Source of the DNA: Candidatus Thorarchaeota archaeon
GTDB taxonomy: Archaea; Asgardarchaeota; Thorarchaeia; Thorarchaeales; Thorarchaeaceae
Reading direction: 5' to 3'
Length of the DNA: 64,000 nucleotides
NCBI GenBank assembly: GCA_029855935.1
Contig: JAGSHN010000012.1
Coordinates: forward strand, 96,001 to 160,000
Of the stretch, positions 39,022 through 48,145 are shown one piece after another. The position numbers and the translations under genes are program-made. The notes under the pieces were generated by a model. The model was not told the DNA's origin and did no database searches. It worked only from the letters and a program-made list of their open reading frames with translations. Position 1 is the stretch's first letter, and every line of letters begins with the position of its first letter.

Positions 39022-40992
39022 ATGAAGATGAGCAGATTCGAGATAGAACGCGGTCACGATGGTCCTGCAAGGCGTGGAAGGTGGGTCTCCCCTGTTGGAA
39101 TTATCGAAACTCCATTCCTTCTTGGCCCTCCCAACATCAAGGATGTTGATGCTGTGTATATTGTTCCCGACCACGACATACTCACGCAGGTGTCACAACC
39201 TACCGTGCTTGTTATGCCCACACTGCTTAGTGGGAGGAGTGCAGGTGAGGACATTCTCTCAGAGCGTTCGCCACTCGTTGCTGCCCCCTCTGTCGTGGGC
39301 GCCTCAGCTGTTTCATCCGAGATGGTCACCGCTCTGATTCGCGAACAGCTTCATATGGCGGGCGACCACGATGACCCATCGCGAGTGGTACTACGTCTTC
39401 CCCCAATTGACGATATGGCTCTGCTTGGGCCCTTGGTGACAGAGGCACACAACATAGGTGTACGTGCTGCGCTACTGCAGTTCGATGGGATGCTGGGTCG
39501 ACGCGATCTCAACTCGGTCATCATACGTTCTATGCTTCCGCGCAACTGGCTCACCATAGCTGTTGGTAGTATCGAACCCTGCCTCGTCCCACTGCTATCC
39601 TACATAGGCATTGATGGCTTTGATGTCAGTCGTGCGGATGAGGCCGCCAGACGGCACGAGCGACTGTGGCAGAACGGAACCGAATGTGTGACCAGCATCC
39701 ATGATGCGCGGTTCTGTGCGTGCACAGCCTGCACAATGGCCACGGACAGTGCGGAGGGTGATCTGGAGTCTGTGTTGAGAGGGCACAACATTCACATCTA
39801 TCGCACTGTGCTCTCCGAGGCAGTGCACGCCCGGTCAAGAGGTCTACTCAGATGGCTTGTTGAATCAATGACACACGTGTCACCGGGGATGGCTACGTTT
39901 CTCCGCAGAGTGGACCGCGCTGTCTATCCTTACATTGAGGAGTTTACGCCGACGGTCGGGCCGTCTTATCTCCCTCTCATAGGCCCGGAGTCCTATCACG
40001 CTGCAGCTGTTGCGCGATTCCGACAACGGCTGGCTGAGAGATATAGTCCACCGGAGGATAAGCAGATTGTTCTATTGTTGCCCTGCTCTGCACGGAAGCC
40101 GTACTCGGAGTCACGTTCTCACCGGAGATTCATAGAAACGATAGAGTCCGCCCTGCAGGGAGCCAGATCTGCAGTCGCAGAGGTCGTGATCACATCCCCT
40201 CTCGGAGTCGTCCCACGTGAGCTGGAACGCCTGTACCCCGCTGCACAGTACGACATACCTGTCACTGGCGACTGGGATGCCGAGGAGATTCGGATTGCAG
40301 CCGAGGCCCTGCGGACACACTTGAGCAAGTTCAGCAGCGATGTCGTCGTGGTGGCTCACACCTCCGGTGGGTATGCCGATGTACTTCGTGCCGCACAGGA
40401 CGATATCGACCAGAGCATAATCTATACGATACAGGGAGGCTCTGCCACGTCAGACGAAGCTCTCGAGTCGCTCCGAGAGACTCTCAGTGATGTGGGTGGC
40501 CTTCTCGGCCTTCAGGTTTCGTATGAGGGTCGCTCTGATAGACGTCGCCGTCGTCCTCGGAACGCGCTTGTGGGAGAGACACTGAGAGCAACAGCTGACT
40601 TCCAGTTCGGCCCCGGTGCGGGATCGCTCCTTGTTCCTGACAGCGCCCGCCTGAGAGGACGACTATATGCAACGGTCACATGCACAGTGGAGGGGCAGCA
40701 ACTCTGCTCATACGTTGGTTCCACGGGACTACTCTCTCTGACGCTTGCGGGGGCACGCCGAATATCCTCCTTGGGAAACTATTGGGTACGTTTTGATGGT
40801 GAAACACTGAGAGGTGGTTCCCTCTTTGCAGTTGCAGTGACAGATGCAGACCCTCTGATCCGGCCCGGTGACGAGGTGATAGTTCTGAACACCGATGGCG
40901 AGGTTGTCGGAGTGGGACGCAGTGAGATGTCTGGTCGTGAGATGTGTGAGTTTGACAATGGCCGCGCAGTCTCGATACGACACAAGGAGTAG
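39022..40992 (+). CDS. arcS: archaeosine synthase alpha subunit (TGT-like + DUF5591 + PUA)
   Basis: DGPARRG, CACTAC..HN, LLPCSARKPYSES.SH, TSPLG.VPRELE..YP..YDIPVTG.W, ADFQFG, PUA domain. Confidence 0.9.
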   Translation: MKMSRFEIERGHDGPARRGRWVSPVGIIETPFLLGPPNIKDVDAVYIVPDHDILTQVSQPTVLVMPTLLSGRSAGEDILSERSPLVAAPSVVGASAVSSEMVTALIREQLHMAGDHDDPSRVVLRLPPIDDMALLGPLVTEAHNIGVRAALLQFDGMLGRRDLNSVIIRSMLPRNWLTIAVGSIEPCLVPLLSYIGIDGFDVSRADEAARRHERLWQNGTECVTSIHDARFCACTACTMATDSAEGDLESVLRGHNIHIYRTVLSEAVHARSRGLLRWLVESMTHVSPGMATFLRRVDRAVYPYIEEFTPTVGPSYLPLIGPESYHAAAVARFRQRLAERYSPPEDKQIVLLLPCSARKPYSESRSHRRFIETIESALQGARSAVAEVVITSPLGVVPRELERLYPAAQYDIPVTGDWDAEEIRIAAEALRTHLSKFSSDVVVVAHTSGGYADVLRAAQDDIDQSIIYTIQGGSATSDEALESLRETLSDVGGLLGLQVSYEGRSDRRRRRPRNALVGETLRATADFQFGPGAGSLLVPDSARLRGRLYATVTCTVEGQQLCSYVGSTGLLSLTLAGARRISSLGNYWVRFDGETLRGGSLFAVAVTDADPLIRPGDEVIVLNTDGEVVGVGRSEMSGREMCEFDNGRAVSIRHKE

Positions 40993-41001
40993 AGTCCAGA
41001 G

Positions 41002-42093
41002 GTGAGCGACGTGATACGAGACATGGACAGGCTGACAGAGGCAGTCTCCAAGATGAGTCTTGAGGCCCGCGCGGACTCGATTGCGTCCCGACGGAGGAGA
41101 AATCCGGAGATTCCCGCGGCAGCCTGGACAGCAAGAACGGTCGTTCAAGGCAATGAGGGAACAGCAATTGCCATAGTCCTCTCCACAATCGGTTGCAGTC
41201 ACGCTCGAGATGAGAACGGCGGGTGCACAATGTGCAGCTACCTCCTCGACGGGACTGAGGCCCCTGTGACTGCCGACGACCTCGTCAAGCAGTTCAGAAC
41301 CGCAATGATGAGGGTCTCTGACGCGGATGGTCCATTGTCCGTCAAGCTGTACACGAGCGGAAGTTTCCTCGACCCGGAGGAGGTGCCCCCACAGGCACGT
41401 GGCGAGATTCTGCAGCTCATCTCAAGCGACAGTCGTGTCCAACACGTGGTGATCGAGTCAAGGCCTGAGTTCGTCATTGAGGATGCAGTCGTAGAGGTGA
41501 GGCAGGCTCTTCCTGATGTCTTTGTCGAGATTGGCATGGGACTGGAGTCGAGCAATGACGTGATCCGCCTATTGTGCCTAAACAAGGGCTTCACGAGGGC
41601 CGAGTTCATCTCGGCGGTTGAGACTGCCCGGCGCCATGGCATAGGCACAAGAGCCTACGTCTTGCTCAAGCCCCCATTTCTGACGGAGCAGGAGGCACTG
41701 ACGGACGCCGTTGAGACAATGCAGGACGCTGCAGAGATGGGTGTGACGACAGTCTCGGTCAATCCAGTGAACATCCAGCGGCACACGCTCGTGAGTCAGC
41801 TCTGGAGCCGTGGTGCCTACCGGCCCCCGTGGCTCTGGACAGTTGTGGAGGCACTGCAACGTGCCCGGATGTTCTTGCCCGTGGGGGTCAGGATCGAATG
41901 CGATCCCGTTGCTGGAGGCACGCATCGCGGTGCACATAATTGTGGCGACTGTGATGGTGCCGCACTCGATGCGATTCGAAGGTTCTCTCTGACTCAGGAC
42001 CTCAGAACATTTGACGGGCTTGACTGTCACTGTCGTCCTCGGTGGCATCACGTTCTGGAGCACGAGGGTGCCTCACTGGTTGTGCACTACTGA
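41002..42093 (+). CDS. raSEA: archaeosine biosynthesis radical SAM protein RaSEA
   Basis: GC...GGCTMC, KLYTSGSFLD..E, ESRPE, LLKPPFL.E, YRPPWLW, GAHNC..CD; adjacent to arcS. Confidence 0.93.
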   Translation: MSDVIRDMDRLTEAVSKMSLEARADSIASRRRRNPEIPAAAWTARTVVQGNEGTAIAIVLSTIGCSHARDENGGCTMCSYLLDGTEAPVTADDLVKQFRTAMMRVSDADGPLSVKLYTSGSFLDPEEVPPQARGEILQLISSDSRVQHVVIESRPEFVIEDAVVEVRQALPDVFVEIGMGLESSNDVIRLLCLNKGFTRAEFISAVETARRHGIGTRAYVLLKPPFLTEQEALTDAVETMQDAAEMGVTTVSVNPVNIQRHTLVSQLWSRGAYRPPWLWTVVEALQRARMFLPVGVRIECDPVAGGTHRGAHNCGDCDGAALDAIRRFSLTQDLRTFDGLDCHCRPRWHHVLEHEGASLVVHY

Positions 42094-42188
42094 GGCCCAG
42101 AAGACCTCTCTCAGGTGTGCCCGAGTGGTGACTAAATACTGTGGTCCCAACAGGCCAGTGCTGAACAGATGTTCTGAGAGGTTCTTCG

Positions 42189-43532
42189 ATGACCAGTCTC
42201 TTGCAGACGGAACGGGATGGGGAAACTCCTCTTCCACTCAAGGCCGCACTGCGGGACCTCTTGGGGCGGAGGAGCTACACGGTGTTCCTTGCGACAGCCT
42301 GGAGTCTATACGCCTTTGAGTCGCTGAACATCTTCTTCAATCTCTATCTCCGGGATCTCGGATGGACGTTTCTGTCGATTGGGATACTCGGTGCCGCGAA
42401 TCAGGCAATCGCCGCTCTCTCACGCATCATTGGTGGATACGTTGGCGATCACGTGGACCGGAAGAGCCTCGCTGCTGCGTCAATGCTGGTCGTTTCCGGC
42501 TTCTACCTGCTCATCGCTCTGTCCATTCATCCAGTCGTCCTCGTCCTTGCTCTTCTCCTCTACTCGACTATGCATCTCGTGACGAGTGGCTCGTCCGCCT
42601 ATGTGATGAACAGCATTCCTCAACGACATAGTGGTCTGGCTCTCTCCCTGTTCACAGCCGGACGTGCAATCGGGATCTCGGCCCTCCTAGCTCTGAACAT
42701 CCTCGTACCAGTCATAGGGTTCGGTGCAGGATTCCGTTTCCTTGCATTGCTGGCATCCTGCGTACTGATGGCGAGCGCAGTGGTGCGTCATGTATGGTTG
42801 GCACCCAGCCCAATAGAACACGAGATGGGTCCAGAGGGTCTCCTCCGTAATTTCCTCTCCGAGAATGCACGGGCGCTGCGTGTCCTCGTCTTGGCGCTCC
42901 CCGGCACTCTTCTCGTTGTGCTGCTTGATGCCGTGAGCGATGGCCTGTTCAAGTTCGGCGCCCTTCTCTATGCCAACGAGTTTCTCAACGTGTCGATTCC
43001 GGGTATCGGCAGCATAATGATCTTCACGCTGCTCTTCTCGGTGCCGCTGCTCATCTGGGTGGGCCGTGTGGCTGACACCCGAGGTCTGAGCAGCGCCGCC
43101 GACCTGGTCTATGCTATGATGCCTCTCTCAACATTTCTGATTCTGGTGGCCCCGGCTGTTCCGATGTGGGCCCCCGCTGACTGGGCAATAGGGGCGGAGT
43201 CCCTATTCCCCGGTCTTGGAGCAGTGTTCACCACAGTCTTCCTCGCGATAGTCCTCAAGTATGTGAACGACATTCTGTGGAACCTTGTGCTGATCACTCT
43301 GATACGCAAGAACCTCCCATCCAGCGACACGTCGAAGTTTCTGGCTCTCTTCTGGTTCTTGGTCGCCCTGTTGACCGCTCTTGGCCCGGTCTTGGGCGGC
43401 TTACTGTTCTCGTTCGGCGTGCCGTCTCTTGTCTTTGTCGCGGCCCTGTTTCTCAACGTCCTTATCCTGTTCTCTCTGCATCGGTACGGGCTCTTCGCAC
43501 GACCGGGCGTCCCCAACGTGGAAGACAGATGA
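42189..43532 (+). CDS. MFS transporter
   Basis: About 12 hydrophobic helices; GGYVGDHVDRK and GRVADTRG motif-A variants. Confidence 0.88.
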   Translation: MTSLLQTERDGETPLPLKAALRDLLGRRSYTVFLATAWSLYAFESLNIFFNLYLRDLGWTFLSIGILGAANQAIAALSRIIGGYVGDHVDRKSLAAASMLVVSGFYLLIALSIHPVVLVLALLLYSTMHLVTSGSSAYVMNSIPQRHSGLALSLFTAGRAIGISALLALNILVPVIGFGAGFRFLALLASCVLMASAVVRHVWLAPSPIEHEMGPEGLLRNFLSENARALRVLVLALPGTLLVVLLDAVSDGLFKFGALLYANEFLNVSIPGIGSIMIFTLLFSVPLLIWVGRVADTRGLSSAADLVYAMMPLSTFLILVAPAVPMWAPADWAIGAESLFPGLGAVFTTVFLAIVLKYVNDILWNLVLITLIRKNLPSSDTSKFLALFWFLVALLTALGPVLGGLLFSFGVPSLVFVAALFLNVLILFSLHRYGLFARPGVPNVEDR

Positions 43533-43596
43533 ATAAAGTCTTAAAGGCCATCCAGCGGCGAATTCAATGTTCAGGTAGTCTGGAGACGGGCCCAAC

Positions 43597-43944
43597 ATGC
43601 CGAGATATGTGACACGTGTAAGCATCTGGTTCTATAGCGAGGGAGCCTCTCCCTCTGAGGTGATCAAACGTCTGACGGAGCTTGGTTTCACTCCAGTGCG
43701 GGGTGCCTTCGACTTTGTCTACGAGCACAAGCAGGAGGACATGGACGAGCGGGACCTCAGCAGCTCGATACTGGAGATTGCCAATGCTCTCCACGCCGCT
43801 CTGTCAGGGTTCAAGGTCTGGTACAACCTTGACACACATCTCGCGGACGAGGGGGCCGACTACGTCCCGCTGGAGGCAATAGACGCGGAACTCGCAGCGA
43901 CCCGCGAAGAGATCTCCAAGATGGAGAACGAGATTGAGCAGTAG
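43597..43944 (+). CDS. conserved archaeal hypothetical protein
   Basis: F.SEGASPSEV..RL..LGF.PV.G..DFVY ferredoxin-like pattern; RBS-like GGAG. Confidence 0.75.
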   Translation: MPRYVTRVSIWFYSEGASPSEVIKRLTELGFTPVRGAFDFVYEHKQEDMDERDLSSSILEIANALHAALSGFKVWYNLDTHLADEGADYVPLEAIDAELAATREEISKMENEIEQ

Positions 43945-43968
43945 TTGCTTCTTCAGTGCAAAAGGAGT

Positions 43969-44005
43969 GTGAAGGGGGACGGGAAGAGCATCCCGTTCCC
44001 CTCAC
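43969..44005. terminator. stem-loop between convergent genes
   Basis: GTGAAGGGGGACGGGA-AGAGCA-TCCCGTTCCCCTCAC pairs with one bulge and one G-T. Confidence 0.5.
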
Positions 44006-44059
44006 CGGGAGGGACCGACTAATTGCGGTGAGTGGGAATAGGAGGTACTCTCTCTCCGG

Positions 44060-45841
44060 CTAGTCGGATGTGACCTCCGGTTCGCGGCGCTCATACTCGC
44101 CCTCGCCACGAACGGTTACATTGAGCTTCTTCCTGTCACCGGGATTCATCCGTGCCCAGGACCATCTCATCGTTATGCCATCGTCGACTGTGTCGATTCT
44201 TGGCTCCTCGTCCGATGGCTCGACTGAGACGAACTCGAAGCCCTTGGGGACCCAGTCGGTCACGGTCACGTTCTCGACTGTCACCTCGCCCTTGTTCTCA
44301 ATGACGAGCACAACCACGTACTCACCCGGGCTGGCACCCCTGTTGATGGCCTTCTTCGCTGAGATGCGCCGCTTCTTGTAGACGACACCAATCTTATGAC
44401 CGTCCTCCGGGCTCTGGACATCTATGACGGTCCCAGGTGGGTATATCGTCGCCTCACACCGTATAGGACTTGGGTACTCCTTCTCCGGTCGGCTCTTCCA
44501 CGCCATAATGGCGTAATTGATCTTTATGCTGTCACCCGGCTCAAGTTCGCCGACCGTGTCCTTCAGGTCCTTGAATCTGAACGTCAGTGTATGGGCCGAT
44601 TCAGGGTCTTGGTCGTCAGGATCAATCGTGAACTCGTAGTCCCCAGTGTATTCCTTCCCTGCTATCCAGACTGTTATGTGTTCGGGCTTCGGCGGCATGA
44701 CATCGTCGGGGAGATGGTCAATGATTGTAACCTCGTTCAGCCTTGCCGTGCCTGTGTTCTTCACCTCTATGGTGACCTCGACAGGAGTCTTATCGAAGCT
44801 GGCGACCTCCGGAGGATCAAACACCTTTGTGTAGTCAATCTTGTAGACCGGGATTGTCTGGGGAGTCTTCTCAATGGTTCCGAGAACCCTCTTGGTGACA
44901 GTCCTGACGGGAGTGTAGATGACCTCGTGTGTCACCTTCGGTGGTGTCTTGCTTTCAATCTGAAAGCTGACGCTCCACTCTTGTCCAGGACCGAGCTCGA
45001 CTGCAGGTGACTCGTCAATCCTCTTGATCTTCTCTCCTCCCTCCTCGGGAGTCACGTACACCTCTGCGTGGTCAATTCGCACAACAAGGTCGCTCTCATT
45101 GGCACACTCCAGGGTGCACTCCCACTGGTTCGGCTGTGTCTCTGCAGTGTCCACACCAGTGAGAAACTCTGTGAGGGCTGTCATATCTGGGTCCAGACTC
45201 GACCTCTGCTGTCCCTCCGCACGGTACGTGACGACAACGTCGCCAGAGTTGACCACAGTGATGTCTTCGACACGGACAACGCCTCGGATCACAATGGTAG
45301 ACTCCTCGTGCGGGTATATTACGAAGTCCTTCCATATCACCTGACGTGTACCCTCATCGAACTCTGCAGTACCGGACTGTGTGGACTCGATGACAACATC
45401 CGTCATCTCTGGCGGTATCGTCTTGTTGAGCACGATGTTGTCAATCTCACCATCAGTCTCATTTCTTACTTGGATAGTGATTCTGATGTTGTTGTCCTTG
45501 CCGTGAGCGTATGCCCAGTGCGGCTCTTCGGTCTCGACGTCGGCGCACGTGTCATATCTCTCAGTCACAGTGAGCAGTGGCGCATCAATATCCACAGTAT
45601 ACTCGTACTCCCAGCGTCCACCTGCATCAATCTCCCCAGCAGAGAGGGTCTCCTCTTCTATGTTGGTCCGTTCTCGGCTGTCTCCGAGCAGTACTCTGAC
45701 GTTCCATATTCTGTTCTGCTGTGACACGTTATTGACGCTGAGGATACCAGTCGCAGTGGCAGACAGGAGCTCGCTCTGTTCACCAAGCGTCGCCTTCTCT
45801 TTCTCCTCAATGTCGATGACTACTCTCTTTTCCTCGCTCAA
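44060..45841 (-). CDS. acidic all-beta multi-domain protein (DUF11/Ig-like repeats; possible mu-homology-like N-half)
   Basis: Repeated I.V.N.G....NV.I.D.(L/I)P and L.PG motifs; no signal peptide or TM; TTG start follows AGGTGGGTGA. Confidence 0.75.
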   Translation of the reverse strand: MSEEKRVVIDIEEKEKATLGEQSELLSATATGILSVNNVSQQNRIWNVRVLLGDSRERTNIEEETLSAGEIDAGGRWEYEYTVDIDAPLLTVTERYDTCADVETEEPHWAYAHGKDNNIRITIQVRNETDGEIDNIVLNKTIPPEMTDVVIESTQSGTAEFDEGTRQVIWKDFVIYPHEESTIVIRGVVRVEDITVVNSGDVVVTYRAEGQQRSSLDPDMTALTEFLTGVDTAETQPNQWECTLECANESDLVVRIDHAEVYVTPEEGGEKIKRIDESPAVELGPGQEWSVSFQIESKTPPKVTHEVIYTPVRTVTKRVLGTIEKTPQTIPVYKIDYTKVFDPPEVASFDKTPVEVTIEVKNTGTARLNEVTIIDHLPDDVMPPKPEHITVWIAGKEYTGDYEFTIDPDDQDPESAHTLTFRFKDLKDTVGELEPGDSIKINYAIMAWKSRPEKEYPSPIRCEATIYPPGTVIDVQSPEDGHKIGVVYKKRRISAKKAINRGASPGEYVVVLVIENKGEVTVENVTVTDWVPKGFEFVSVEPSDEEPRIDTVDDGITMRWSWARMNPGDRKKLNVTVRGEGEYERREPEVTSD

Positions 45842-45910
45842 TGTTTCTCTCACCCACCTATACGTTCTCACGCTCCCGGGCGTTCCGGCTCATCAGGTTC
45901 GCGTCCGAGT

Positions 45911-46606
45911 TCAGGACAATGTGAAACGGAACTCATAACCCGCCGCCCACTCCGCAGTCACGGACTGATTCGGTTCCATGACCAGAGGAGTACAACCAGA
46001 TGCAAACTGGTCCACATACTTCTTGAACTTCGTGGTCTGCTCCTCAGAGGACCAGCGCATCGCGATACCAAGTTTCGGTGACGCATCGATGCAGAGGTTG
46101 ACAGCATCCTTGACACCGAACACACCCTCACCACTGATGGGGACAATCAGGATGTCGGTGTCAAACTGACCGAAGGGCCCCCTGACGATGGTGTCACCCA
46201 GATACGAGACTCGCATCTTGCCCATCTGAATATACAGTCCAAGGTTTTCGACATCCTCGTTCGCCTCCGGACTCCGTCTCTTCAGCGGGAATGCCGTGAC
46301 CTTGAGACCCGGTATCTCGTAGGGCTCGTCTGGCCGCAGGACGTGCAGGAGCCAGGGTCTGGCGCCCTGCGCGCGGGCCTTCTCGATGGTCTCCTCGTTG
46401 CCCAAGATCCACGCCTTCGCGTTGTTCGCGATCGTGGCGGCATTGCCGAGCGCATCGTCCATACGATTGGTGGCTATGATCACCCTGACATCGAGGTTGT
46501 CTGGGACCACAGCCTCGCCATTCCAGATGCCAGGATTCAGCAGGACTGACGTTTCCTTGGACTCTACTACGAAGGACGTGTGACCCAGGTAAGTTATCTT
46601 CAGCAA
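45911..46606 (-). CDS. MBL-fold protein (UPF0173-like) with degenerate metal site
   Basis: KITYLGHTSF, YLGDT, DILIVPISG; THxHxDH is replaced by TNRMDDA; TTG start follows GGAAGTGAT. Confidence 0.82.
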   Translation of the reverse strand: MLKITYLGHTSFVVESKETSVLLNPGIWNGEAVVPDNLDVRVIIATNRMDDALGNAATIANNAKAWILGNEETIEKARAQGARPWLLHVLRPDEPYEIPGLKVTAFPLKRRSPEANEDVENLGLYIQMGKMRVSYLGDTIVRGPFGQFDTDILIVPISGEGVFGVKDAVNLCIDASPKLGIAMRWSSEEQTTKFKKYVDQFASGCTPLVMEPNQSVTAEWAAGYEFRFTLS

Positions 46607-46848
46607 ACAATCACTTCCTTTCCTCGGACTTGGTACCCTCTGAGCCGGAAAACTTGCGTCGAGATATGGAAACCACTGCTGGCTTAAAAGGAAATTGTAG
46701 AGGGACTTGAACACGAAGCGGGTCGTGAATGGCAGTCCCCTATGAGATGCATAGCGCGCGTTTTGATGTCACTCGGCATTCCCTAGAGTTGGGCTTATGT
46801 ACGCCGAGCAGTGATATGGGATGGATGATTGACAGATGAGGGGATAGA

Positions 46849-48132
46849 GTGTTTCCGCATGTCGTCACCAGTAAGTTTCGCAAGAAGCTGAAGGCCGTCC
46901 TGCTGGATGTCAAGGCTGACTTCGAGCGGCGTGAGAAGGCCTTCGAACGCGACGAGCGGAGAATCAAAGAGGAGCTTCTGGCAGCCATAGACTGTCATCC
47001 GCCACGACCAAAGATCGACGACTTCTACATTGCAGCTGTTGATGGTTCAGGACATCCGCGCGTTGCCACCTTTGACGACATTCGGGTGCACATAGTCACT
47101 CGCGCTATCTCCTTGCTGCGCACCAGTCCGGATGGGGACGCACCATTCCAAGAGGTGGGTCCGCAGGCCAGGGACGCGGGACTCCTCACGGAGCAGCCAG
47201 AGTCGGACTTCTTCTGGCACTCAGGCGTTGGTCGCGATGCCCTTGAGAAGCTGAAGGAGACAATACTGGAGTTCTATCCCATTGATGACACCGAGAAGAT
47301 AGTTCTGCCCTACTTCAAGGATCTGCTGGGAGTGTCCTCCCTAGACGAGCTGGCGGACCACTCCCCCGAATACCAGATACCCAACTCGGTGCGCGAGAGT
47401 CTGATCTCTGATGATATGATACTCTCCGAACGCACACTCCACGAGCAGGTCATGAGGGTCTACGAGTATGCTGCTGCCCGCCAGCTCGTTGAGAATGAGG
47501 AGATGCGGCCGAGGTATCTCTTCCTCGACGGGTCCCTCACACTGTTCCTACGTCGTTCAAGGTCATATCCCTCATATCCATCGGGCTTTGTCCTCCGTGA
47601 GCTCGTCTCATCTGCCCGCAAGAGAGGAGTGATCATTGGAGCTGTCAGCAAGGACCACACCATTCCGTTTGCCCATAGGATTGCCACGATGGCGACGGAG
47701 GTCTTCCCACGAGGAACCAAGTGGTTCTGCAGACTTCCATCAGATGACGACCCCGGTCACGGTCTTGAGATCTACAAGGACAGAATCTACATACCCCCGA
47801 CTCTGGCAGTGACCTATCTGTTCTGCTTCTCACCTGACAATCGTCCGTCGAGAATAGACTTTGACCGCATCTGGTGGCTTGAGAATATCTTTGTCAATGG
47901 TGACCCAGAGACCACACGGGCGAATGAGATTACTCTGTTTCGTGACATCGAACTGATGTCCCGGGATGCCCGATGGTACGGCTATCCTGTCCCCCTCGCC
48001 CTTGCGCACAATGAGTGCACGCTGACGCGGGACAATCTCCGTGCCATTCGTCACGAGGCACGGGCTCTGCTACGGGAGATTGAGCTCGACTTTACCGAGG
48101 TGAATCCTCTTCGTGAGGACTACAATCTATGA
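46849..48132 (+). CDS. nurA: NurA nuclease
   Basis: AVDGS, FLDGSL, GAVSK, GYPVPLALAH; operon context. Confidence 0.9.
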   Translation: MFPHVVTSKFRKKLKAVLLDVKADFERREKAFERDERRIKEELLAAIDCHPPRPKIDDFYIAAVDGSGHPRVATFDDIRVHIVTRAISLLRTSPDGDAPFQEVGPQARDAGLLTEQPESDFFWHSGVGRDALEKLKETILEFYPIDDTEKIVLPYFKDLLGVSSLDELADHSPEYQIPNSVRESLISDDMILSERTLHEQVMRVYEYAAARQLVENEEMRPRYLFLDGSLTLFLRRSRSYPSYPSGFVLRELVSSARKRGVIIGAVSKDHTIPFAHRIATMATEVFPRGTKWFCRLPSDDDPGHGLEIYKDRIYIPPTLAVTYLFCFSPDNRPSRIDFDRIWWLENIFVNGDPETTRANEITLFRDIELMSRDARWYGYPVPLALAHNECTLTRDNLRAIRHEARALLREIELDFTEVNPLREDYNL

Positions 48133-48145
48133 GGTGTGAACTGAG

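Noticed and set aside
39022-42093. arcS + radical SAM pair as a novel system
   Set aside because: It matches the established ArcS/RaSEA archaeosine pathway.
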